A DNA stretch of 19,694 bases from an uncultured archaeon (GTDB taxonomy: Archaea; Asgardarchaeota; Heimdallarchaeia; Heimdallarchaeales; Kariarchaeaceae), in contig CAZYCQ010000043.1 of the NCBI GenBank assembly GCA_964645535.1, positions 9,964 to 29,657 on the forward strand, in the 5' to 3' direction. Position numbers and translations under genes: made by a program. The notes below the pieces were generated by a model. That model made no database searches and had not been told where the DNA came from. It saw nothing but the letters and a program-made list of their open reading frames with translations. Positions 8,734-16,547 of this stretch are shown in pieces. The first letter of the stretch is position 1. The number at the start of each line of letters is the position of its first letter.

Positions 8734-9623
8734 GAAGATTTGGAAAATTCATAGAAGTTATGAAATGATCCATCTCCATCTATGGTTCTGACATAATCTG
8801 AAACAATCCATCCTTTTTTGAAATATCTCACGCATGTTTCCCTGAATTTTTGTCTCCAATCTGCCGCCACATCCACTTGATTTTCCCTTAGCCATTGGTA
8901 ATCTGTGGGCATTTCGACATAGAAGGTCTCCTTTAATGTGAACTGCTGATTTGCCACAAATTTTCTGTTTTCAATCGAATTCATTATCGATCGTTCAGCC
9001 ACAAATTCCTCGAAACTAGGGTATTTTCGGTGTTCCCCTGATCTTACCCGTTGAATGGCCTTCTCAACTTTTTCAGTTCTAATCTGCCATTTGACAAGGA
9101 ATCTGTCTGTCGGAATTCCTTCATAGATCCCGACTCCCTCTGGCATTCCATAATAATTTATCTTATAGGTATCACATATCACCCCCAATTTTCCGAAATT
9201 CAACCATGCATTGTTTGGAAGCAATGGATCCACTGTCCACAATATTTCATTTATCTGTGGATTTTCATGTTCTAGCGCCAATTGTCGATGAACCATTTTA
9301 AGTTCAAAACCAACATTTTTTCCTTGCCATGCAGGGTCTATTCCCATCATATGGCTGTAGTTTCTATCTGGAAACATGGGAAATGCATAAATGAACCCTA
9401 TGGCATGACCTGGGTCATCGTTTGGTGCTGCCATCAGGACCGTTCCGAAATCAGAAACTGCTTTCATTTCAAAAGTGGCAATATTCTCAAGATCTGTAAG
9501 ATCCCAAGCTTTTCTAATTACCTCTGTAATACTTCGAACCTCTTCCATTGTCTTGACCTTGCGGATGCTAAAAAATTCACCCTCCATTAGATTGGGTGCT
9601 CTTGTTGCTTCCGGGAAAATCAT
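8730..9623 (-). CDS. GNAT-family acyltransferase (D-amino-acid N-succinyltransferase-like)
   Basis: YSHMMGIDPAWQGKNVGFELK (CoA-binding Q/RxxGxG-like motif), WTVDPL..NA.LNF.KLG, NYYG and G.PTDRF.V.W match the GNAT family that co-occurs with NSAR. Confidence 0.85.
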   Translation of the reverse strand: MIFPEATRAPNLMEGEFFSIRKVKTMEEVRSITEVIRKAWDLTDLENIATFEMKAVSDFGTVLMAAPNDDPGHAIGFIYAFPMFPDRNYSHMMGIDPAWQGKNVGFELKMVHRQLALEHENPQINEILWTVDPLLPNNAWLNFGKLGVICDTYKINYYGMPEGVGIYEGIPTDRFLVKWQIRTEKVEKAIQRVRSGEHRKYPSFEEFVAERSIMNSIENRKFVANQQFTLKETFYVEMPTDYQWLRENQVDVAADWRQKFRETCVRYFKKGWIVSDYVRTIDGDGSFHNFYEFSKSS

Positions 9624-9658
9624 TGATCCAAAAAAATGCTCGAAATTAAAGAACTCTT

Positions 9659-10042
9659 TTACTCAAGCAAAAATATTCCTTCAATTTCTACGTTCAATCC
9701 AGCAGGTAAGTTACTTACCTCTACTGCGGATCTAGCTGGTTTGGCCTCGCCAAAGAATTCTTCATAGACCTTGTTGATACGCGAGTAATTATTGATGTCT
9801 TTCATGAAAACTGTCATTTTAACTGCATTTTCCATTTTTCCTCCGGCAGCTTCAACAATTGCCTTGATATTTTCTAGTGTTCTTTTTGTCTCTTCTTCTA
9901 TCGATCCCTCTACAAGCTTTCTCGTTTCTGGATCAAATCCTCCCTGTCCACTAGTGAAAAGCAGGTTTCCGACCTTAACGGCCTGTGAATATGGTCCAAT
10001 TGCAGCAGGTGCCTTTTCGGTAGATATAATTTCCTTTGGCAT
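9659..10042 (-). CDS. ridA: RidA/YjgF/UK114 enamine/imine deaminase
   Basis: APAAIGPYSQAV, SGQ, N.VY.EFF..PARSAVEV..LP....VEIE with the catalytic Arg. Confidence 0.96.
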   Translation of the reverse strand: MPKEIISTEKAPAAIGPYSQAVKVGNLLFTSGQGGFDPETRKLVEGSIEEETKRTLENIKAIVEAAGGKMENAVKMTVFMKDINNYSRINKVYEEFFGEAKPARSAVEVSNLPAGLNVEIEGIFLLE

Positions 10043-10134
10043 ATGCTAACCTTCCGGCATGAAATTAAAAATCGATATGCAATCGATTCTTTTTTTGCGC
10101 AAATCTACAAGTATATGTTGACAGAATGTGAATT

Positions 10135-10794
10135 ATGTATATTGAAATACTGTTGATTATAGTTGCCTATTTTCTCGGATCCATTCCCACTTCATATTTA
10201 ATTGGAAAATATAAGTACGGATTTGATATCCGCCAAAGAGGATCTGGGAATGTTGGCGGTGCCAATGCTGCCAGAACAATGGGAATGAAGGTTGGTATTT
10301 TAAGTGGACTTGTGGATATTCTGAAAGGAACTGCTGCCACATTGATTGCAATCTGGTATTCTTCCAATTATCCTGCTGCAACAGGCATCTTTCAAGACCC
10401 AAACGTTTTGGTTGCGGCCTGTAGCTTCATGGCAGTCATTGGTCATTGCTATTCATGGATACTCGGCTTCAAGGGAGGAAAAGGGGGTGCAACCACTGCC
10501 GGTGTTGTTTTGGCGCTGGATTGGGTCACTTTTCTGGTGTTGGTCGGAATCTGGATAATTGTTGTGGGAAGCACGCGTTTTACAAGCCTAGGGAATCTAG
10601 TGGCTGTCTGGGTCATCCCTCCAATGCTCAAACTCCGAGAGAAGGTTTTGTATGAGAAGGTCGCAAGTCCCATCCCCTCTCCTGCCTACCAAATCATGTC
10701 CTTTGCTTTAGTAGTTTTAATTTATTATAGGCATCGAGACAATATCGGACGTCTGTTACAGGGAAATGAAAGAAAATTCGGGCAACGTGAGTAA
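10135..10794 (+). CDS. plsY: Acyl-phosphate:glycerol-3-phosphate acyltransferase PlsY
   Basis: LGSIP, DIRQRGSGNVGGANAAR, DILKG, GH...FKGGKGGAT and RHRDNIGRLLQGNE: all three PlsY motifs, with multiple transmembrane segments. Confidence 0.95.
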   Translation: MYIEILLIIVAYFLGSIPTSYLIGKYKYGFDIRQRGSGNVGGANAARTMGMKVGILSGLVDILKGTAATLIAIWYSSNYPAATGIFQDPNVLVAACSFMAVIGHCYSWILGFKGGKGGATTAGVVLALDWVTFLVLVGIWIIVVGSTRFTSLGNLVAVWVIPPMLKLREKVLYEKVASPIPSPAYQIMSFALVVLIYYRHRDNIGRLLQGNERKFGQRE

Positions 10795-10796
10795 AT

Positions 10797-11978
10797 TCAG
10801 GTGTTATGAAGGTCGGCAAGTTGCTCAATTTTCTCTTCCAAAGATTCTACTTTTTCGATGTTCAGCTCAACAGCCTCATCCTCCAAATCCAACTCAGCAA
10901 GGATCTCTGCTTTCCGTGAATCTCTGGCAATCTTGAATGCTTGGATCAATCTCGGATAAACTTCAACCCCTGAGACAATTGCATTCAGGGATGGTTCTGC
11001 AACACCCAAATCATTTTTCAACTCATCGCCGGTCTTTATGAGTTTCAAAAATGGTGAATTCTCAAACGATTGAAGAAATCGAGGTGCCTCATAACTCAAA
11101 TCGATGGTTTCATAGGATCTTCGCATTATTGCACAATACACCTTTCTGGAATCCAAAACCTCATCTCTCGTCATTGCAGTTCTTCCGATCACCTGATCCA
11201 CTAAGATATCCACATATCGCAAGTTTCCTTCTCCTCCTTCCTTAATTAGATCTTCAAAAGGCACATGGATAAGAAATGAAAGACCGGGATTGTATAGGGT
11301 ATCATAAAGGTCATCATATCCTGCATCATAATTTTCCCTATAGGGATCATAGAATGAGGAAATCAAGAGATTGGTCACACCTCGATTGACATAGTCTATC
11401 TTTCCCTTGGCAATCCGTTCAAACGGCCAAGCATTTTCTTCAAGGATGGGGTCATTGTCGACAATCAGAATGTTATTTCCCAAAGGGTCTTCTGAAAAGA
11501 CTGTTTTGTAAAGAAACTGGGCAGTATTGTAATGTACCCTCGAATTCTCGAATCTATCTGGAAATACGAAAATTACTGGTGGTGAATATCTGTAACTGTT
11601 TTTCAATATTTCTGACACCGTAAGTATGCTACTTACTCCAGTAGCACCTGCACCCGTAATGAGAAACATAATCCCTGGGTTTTTTGGGATCATCTTCCCT
11701 ATAAGCGGTCTTATTTTATCTTTCCAGTTTTTTACATTCTCCAAGGCGATTTCAAGATTCCTCGCAAAGCCTTCAATTTCATCAGAAATGGAAAAGACTT
11801 GGTCGTATATCTTATCGGTTTCGTGGTGACGTTTCCCAGAATTCAGTGCCAAACTTTTGATATTGTCAATTCCCCCCGCCTTCAGAGTTTCGATTAGTTT
11901 CGCTCCCATGGATTGACCGATATCTCCTGCGGCAATGATCGATACATTGATTTGTTTTTTAAATAGTCTGAACCTCAT
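10797..11978 (-). CDS. Divergent tubulin/FtsZ-superfamily protein (paralogue B, degenerate motifs)
   Basis: IIAAGDIGQSMG (T1), ALNS (T2), GAGATGVS (degenerate GGGTG[S/T]G), FPDRFENSR (T5), IVDND (T6). ATG 11978 is preceded by GGTGAG, which overlaps the upstream stop; collinear with paralogue A. Confidence 0.8.
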   Translation of the reverse strand: MRFRLFKKQINVSIIAAGDIGQSMGAKLIETLKAGGIDNIKSLALNSGKRHHETDKIYDQVFSISDEIEGFARNLEIALENVKNWKDKIRPLIGKMIPKNPGIMFLITGAGATGVSSILTVSEILKNSYRYSPPVIFVFPDRFENSRVHYNTAQFLYKTVFSEDPLGNNILIVDNDPILEENAWPFERIAKGKIDYVNRGVTNLLISSFYDPYRENYDAGYDDLYDTLYNPGLSFLIHVPFEDLIKEGGEGNLRYVDILVDQVIGRTAMTRDEVLDSRKVYCAIMRRSYETIDLSYEAPRFLQSFENSPFLKLIKTGDELKNDLGVAEPSLNAIVSGVEVYPRLIQAFKIARDSRKAEILAELDLEDEAVELNIEKVESLEEKIEQLADLHNT

Positions 11979-11982
11979 GTTC

Positions 11983-13377
11983 TCACCCAATAAGCTTAAT
12001 GATTGCAGGAATTCCCCGGAAAACATATGCCGAAAATAGCAATGAGAAATAAAGCAATCTAAAAGGATTGACAGGGCTTGGTCTCATGCTATAGATGAAT
12101 TCACGTAGAATAAAGATTACCTGCAAATCGATTTCTGTTCTTTTTGGTCTTCCCAAAGCCAAATTCGTTATTTCTTCATAAATGAATGGATCCAATTCCT
12201 TCAAGGCTTTGGTTCTGAACCTTCCCATCACATTTGAAATGGAGATGATAGGGAGCAGAATTTGGCTGAATGAAAGGATGAGGGATAGCAGAAGAGCCAC
12301 CATTACGATATTTCTTATGATTGTGCTTTTTGCATTGATTTCCGCTGAGCTGGCAAGTCCCAATCCAATGCTTCTTTCCTCTTGAGTCAAAGCATCTAAC
12401 GAAGCGGCACCCTTATCTGCCAAATAGGTTGAAAGTGTTGAATTGAAGCTTGATTGACCTGCCTGTTCAACAATTGAGATGAAAAATGGAGATGAAACAA
12501 GGAATACCAGTGAATTGAGGATGATGGTTGCAGCCAATAATCCGTATAGTGGGATGTTTCCCAAAGATTGTATTGACAATCCTGGAGTATCTGCCAATAC
12601 TTTGACAACTTCATAGTTGTTTTTTGAAAGAATACTGTCATGACCTTCATTATATCCTTCCGCTCGTTCTTTGATGGTTTTCAACAACCTGTCATAAAGC
12701 TTGGAGTTGATACGGACAAAATTCAATCCAACTAAAGATACATAGAGTATCAAAGCTATTCCAAAGTGGCCAATCATGAGAAATATGCTTCTAATCACCA
12801 TTCCAACAAGAGTTCTTCCATGAGACAACCAAATTTCAAAGAGTTGAACATCTAAAATAAAGGGTACTATGAAAGAAACATAGAGTGGTATTTTTGGCCA
12901 GCGACGATAATATGATATCTTGAATTCTCGCTCGATTGATTTTTCAAGCCATGGTGCACGTTTTGCCTCTAAAAGATCCGTAAAGGTTCCATATCCATAT
13001 TTCATGTACAATGGTGTGACCAGTATTCCTGTTAGGGCTAATATTGCAAAAAAGATAGAAATTCCCAAGGATTCCAATAAAATTCCCGCTTCAATGGAGA
13101 GGATTAACGCAGGCATGGCTAAAAAAAGCGGAATCAGAAATAGTTTTCTGAACACTCCAGTGTCCAAATAGAGCACTACATTCATTGGAAGTTTCGAAAT
13201 AATTTTTGGAAGCTGAAAGATATTTTTGAATGGTTTTTCCAATTTCTTGATGAGGGTGAAATATTCCGAATCAATCCCTTCCGGAAGATTTTCCTCATAT
13301 TTTGTCAAAAACTCCTCAAATACACAGGAAATGTCTTTTGGAGATCTAGGTCTTGACGAGATGGTTTCTGTTGTCAT
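11983..13377 (-). CDS. Polytopic membrane protein of unknown function (about 7 TM segments)
   Basis: About seven hydrophobic stretches, e.g. LGISIFFAILALTGILVTPLYM, IPLYGLLAATIILNSLVFLVSSPFFISIV, IVMVALLLSLILSFSQILLPIISI. ATG 13377 overlaps the upstream TGA (TGATG) with GGTGA upstream. Confidence 0.85.
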   Translation of the reverse strand: MTTETISSRPRSPKDISCVFEEFLTKYEENLPEGIDSEYFTLIKKLEKPFKNIFQLPKIISKLPMNVVLYLDTGVFRKLFLIPLFLAMPALILSIEAGILLESLGISIFFAILALTGILVTPLYMKYGYGTFTDLLEAKRAPWLEKSIEREFKISYYRRWPKIPLYVSFIVPFILDVQLFEIWLSHGRTLVGMVIRSIFLMIGHFGIALILYVSLVGLNFVRINSKLYDRLLKTIKERAEGYNEGHDSILSKNNYEVVKVLADTPGLSIQSLGNIPLYGLLAATIILNSLVFLVSSPFFISIVEQAGQSSFNSTLSTYLADKGAASLDALTQEERSIGLGLASSAEINAKSTIIRNIVMVALLLSLILSFSQILLPIISISNVMGRFRTKALKELDPFIYEEITNLALGRPKRTEIDLQVIFILREFIYSMRPSPVNPFRLLYFSLLFSAYVFRGIPAIIKLIG

Positions 13378-14738
13378 CAATGATCACCTTCTATCTCTCC
13401 TCTTCGGATCTTGGTCGCTTCTCTTGCCAATTCTTCCGCTATTTCCTTTGGCGCTTTGACTTCGATTTCTTCGTCCTTGTTGAGCTTGTCAATTTTAGGA
13501 TTAACCTTCCCGAAATCAGAATTATTTATTTCCTCATTCAGAATGTATACCCTGACATCTTCTGCTGCACGCATAAACTCCTTCAATTTATCTGGTACAG
13601 GGTTGCCAACGAAAAACGCTCGGAAGTGGAGACCAGCATCCTTAGAAACCTTGTATTCATGAAAGAAGTCTTTGTTGCTGAATTGAAGGAAAAGATTTCG
13701 GTACGAAGACGCTGTTATCTTCCCTTTTCCTGCTTGAATGAATATATATCCTCTTGTAGCATTGGAAGGTACCAATGGATACCCCAATGATTTCTTTATG
13801 GAACCGTCATAAAGGTCAACCAGATCTTCGGGCGTCTCTTCTTTGTCAAAAGATGCAAGAGTGGCTATTCCTTTTGGACCTCTGAATATTTCAATAAACT
13901 CATTCAGGTCGCTTGAATATCCATCACTCTCTACTTCGGTTATTGTAATCAAATCTGCCAAAACGGCCCCAATTCGTTCATTTATGGCTCCAAATATTTT
14001 TTCTGGTTTGTATTTTGAATTGTTTTCAAAAAATTCATCATTGTCAATCAACACTGTTACCAAATTCTTTGATCTGGATCCTGGTGCATAAGTAAAATGA
14101 TAGAGAGCCGCTGCTGCAATGAATTTCGTCCGTGTGTTTTCCAAACTAGATGGAAGAACCAATATGGGGACTGGACGGAGACCCTTGGAAATTAGAAAAT
14201 CTGCCAATTCTAAACTTACTCCTACACCAGTTCCTCCAGCACCTAAGATTAGGAAAACAAGGTTATGATTTGATTTTTTATGAAATTCATTTAGATATGT
14301 TTCAACAAATGCTTCAATCTTTTCTTTGTCTTTTTTGTAAATGGTTGCGCCCTTTCTGAACTGTTTTGCCGTTCCATATGGGGTGTCTCCAATATGAAGC
14401 TTGCGTGTTACCTCAATTTTTGAAAGAACGTCCTTATCGGTCTCTATGGTTGCTAAGTCATAATTGATACCGTATTGAAGAAATCGTTTCCGCAATTGTT
14501 CCACTATTCGTGCACCTGCACCACCAATCCCTATAATCGGAATTTCTGGAATTTCCCTCACTGAGGGTATATCCAACAGAGGCGTTTCTTCTATACCTGT
14601 ATCATCAACTAACACTGTCTCAGGAATCTCTTCTCCTTTGGACTTAGTGGTCGGTTTTCCTAATGCTGTTTCTAAATTGAGGAATGTAACATCTGCTCTG
14701 ATGCGGTCATCCGATCCAAAGGGCCAAAGTCTAACCAT
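13377..14738 (-). CDS. Divergent tubulin/FtsZ-superfamily GTPase (paralogue A)
   Basis: IIGIGGAGARI (T1), IETD (T2), LGAGGTGVG (T4 signature), LPSSLENTR (T5), LIDND (T6), INERI (H7), SSDLNEF (T7). About 60-aa N-terminal extension. Confidence 0.9.
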   Translation of the reverse strand: MVRLWPFGSDDRIRADVTFLNLETALGKPTTKSKGEEIPETVLVDDTGIEETPLLDIPSVREIPEIPIIGIGGAGARIVEQLRKRFLQYGINYDLATIETDKDVLSKIEVTRKLHIGDTPYGTAKQFRKGATIYKKDKEKIEAFVETYLNEFHKKSNHNLVFLILGAGGTGVGVSLELADFLISKGLRPVPILVLPSSLENTRTKFIAAAALYHFTYAPGSRSKNLVTVLIDNDEFFENNSKYKPEKIFGAINERIGAVLADLITITEVESDGYSSDLNEFIEIFRGPKGIATLASFDKEETPEDLVDLYDGSIKKSLGYPLVPSNATRGYIFIQAGKGKITASSYRNLFLQFSNKDFFHEYKVSKDAGLHFRAFFVGNPVPDKLKEFMRAAEDVRVYILNEEINNSDFGKVNPKIDKLNKDEEIEVKAPKEIAEELAREATKIRRGEIEGDH

Positions 14739-14761
14739 ATCTATCTACTTTTGTGTATAGT

Positions 14762-14780
14762 CTTTTTTATTAAGCCTTTA
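14762..14780 (-). promoter_or_regulatory. TATA/BRE-like promoter of the tubulin-like operon
   Basis: The minus strand reads TAAAGGCTTAATAAAAAAG, placing TTAATAAA about 28-35 nt upstream of ATG 14738. Confidence 0.5.
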
Positions 14781-14976
14781 TGTTCAACGATTTAACTTTC
14801 CCACCAAATCTGCACTAGATTGACCTGAGGACATCAAATGAATTCTGCTATAATTCCTTTACAGATACCTCTTCAAAACCGATTCGTCATCTGACCTATT
14901 TGGGGAGAATATTGATATCTTCTTCCACCTACATTTCAAACCAATTAAATTCTATTGTCTCCTAGATCCATTGCAA

Positions 14977-16440
14977 ATGGGTGAATATATTAAAGCCGGT
15001 ATCATAGGAACAATTGGACCATCCTCTGCAAACGAAGAAACCTTGAAGGAAATGTTTACCAAGGGATTGAACATTGTCAGAATCAATCTATCTCACGGTT
15101 CAATTGATCAGGCAAAGAAAAATTTTGATCTTGTCCGAACCGTAAATGATACTATTGGAATACTTCTTGATTTGTCTGGTCCCAAGATGAGAATTGGGGC
15201 AATCAATGGGCATGTTCATCTGAAACAAGGTCAAGAATTTCGTATTACAAAGGAAGACGTTCAAGGTGATGAACATAGGGTCGGAACAAATTATCCGGAA
15301 TTGATAGACCTTGTCAAACCCGGAAATACCCTTTACCTTAATGATGGACTCATAGAACTTGTTGTGAAGGAAAAGACAGAAACTGACGTCATTTGTGAAG
15401 TGGTTCGAGGGGGTATACTAAGCTCTCGAAAAGGAATTAATGCTCCAGGTGTTCCCATTGGACTCTTTTCCCCCACTGCCAAAGATGTGAGAGATTTAGA
15501 GGCCACCATATCACTTGAACCCGATTTTTATGGTGTTTCATTTGTCAGACGTCCTGAAGATCTGATCCGGGTCAAGGAGATCATAGCAACCCACACTAAG
15601 GATGAAATTCATTTGGTGAGCAAAATCGAACATCAGGATGCATTGAAAAACTTTGATGAAATTCTCAAAGAAAGCAATGAAATCATGGTTGCAAGAGGCG
15701 ACCTAGGTGTGGAGATGAACCCTGCAGAAGTCCCTTTGGTTCAGAAAGAATTGATCAAAAAATGCAATAGGCTTGGAAAACCTGCAATAGTTGCTACACA
15801 AATGCTTGAATCCATGGTTGTCTCACCAAGACCAACTCGTGCTGAAGCCTCTGATGTGGCAAACGCTATTTTGGATGGGGCAGATGTCGTGATGTTGAGT
15901 GCAGAAACCGCCACCGGCGATTATCCTGTTAAAGCGGTTGAAACCATGAGGGACATAATTCTCAAGGTTCAGAATACCATTGTTCCACATAAACAAAAAT
16001 ACCTCCCCAAAGAAAATCCCAACTGGGATGCTGTCGGCAGGGCAGCTGTCTATCTTGCCGAAGATCTGGATGCCTCTGCTATTCTTGCAAATACTCGTTC
16101 TGGTGACACTAGCAGGGTGATTGCCAAATATCGTCCAAACCAGCCCATTATTTCTATCACTCCCAATAGGAAAACATTTCGCAGATTGAATATGCAATGG
16201 GGAGTCATACCCATCTATAGCAACAAAACTTACCATGATACGGACGATATGATTGAAGAATCAATACGGATTTGTCTTGAAAAAGGTCTGATCACAAAAG
16301 ATGACTTGATTGTGACTGTTGCAGGTTCATTATTGGGTCTTCCCTATACTACCAATCTCATCCAATACTATTTTGTGAAAGATATCGTGAAATCATTGGA
16401 AGCAAAAGCCAAATTCGCAAAAAATTATCTCTCAGAATGA
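14977..16440 (+). CDS. pyk: Pyruvate kinase
   Basis: TIGPS, RINLSHG, DLSGPKMR, KIE, MVARGDLGVE, ATQMLESM, PTRAE..DVANAILDG.D..MLSAETA.G.YP. ATG 14977 preferred over TTG 14971. Confidence 0.98.
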   Translation: MGEYIKAGIIGTIGPSSANEETLKEMFTKGLNIVRINLSHGSIDQAKKNFDLVRTVNDTIGILLDLSGPKMRIGAINGHVHLKQGQEFRITKEDVQGDEHRVGTNYPELIDLVKPGNTLYLNDGLIELVVKEKTETDVICEVVRGGILSSRKGINAPGVPIGLFSPTAKDVRDLEATISLEPDFYGVSFVRRPEDLIRVKEIIATHTKDEIHLVSKIEHQDALKNFDEILKESNEIMVARGDLGVEMNPAEVPLVQKELIKKCNRLGKPAIVATQMLESMVVSPRPTRAEASDVANAILDGADVVMLSAETATGDYPVKAVETMRDIILKVQNTIVPHKQKYLPKENPNWDAVGRAAVYLAEDLDASAILANTRSGDTSRVIAKYRPNQPIISITPNRKTFRRLNMQWGVIPIYSNKTYHDTDDMIEESIRICLEKGLITKDDLIVTVAGSLLGLPYTTNLIQYYFVKDIVKSLEAKAKFAKNYLSE

Positions 16441-16547
16441 AAGAGGATATTTGAAGAGGTAAGGACTTGTCAACTTTTCCTCAACGAGGCAAATACTATT
16501 AATATTTGTTTCATGAAAGTAAGGTAACAATATTTAGAGGAATCACC

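Noticed and set aside
11983-13377. Rhodopsin or GPCR assignment from about 7 TMs
   Set aside because: No retinal-binding DxxxK in the last helix, and helix spacing is irregular with long loops.
13377-14738. Calling paralogue A canonical ftsZ, cetZ or a true tubulin
   Set aside because: Signature loops deviate (AGGTGVG; no GAG T3 or NxDFAD; no GQxG T1) and there is no division-gene context; only superfamily membership is supported.
14739-14976. Possible ncRNA/tRNA in the largest intergenic gap
   Set aside because: No cloverleaf, stable GC stem or repeat seen; explained by two divergent promoters.
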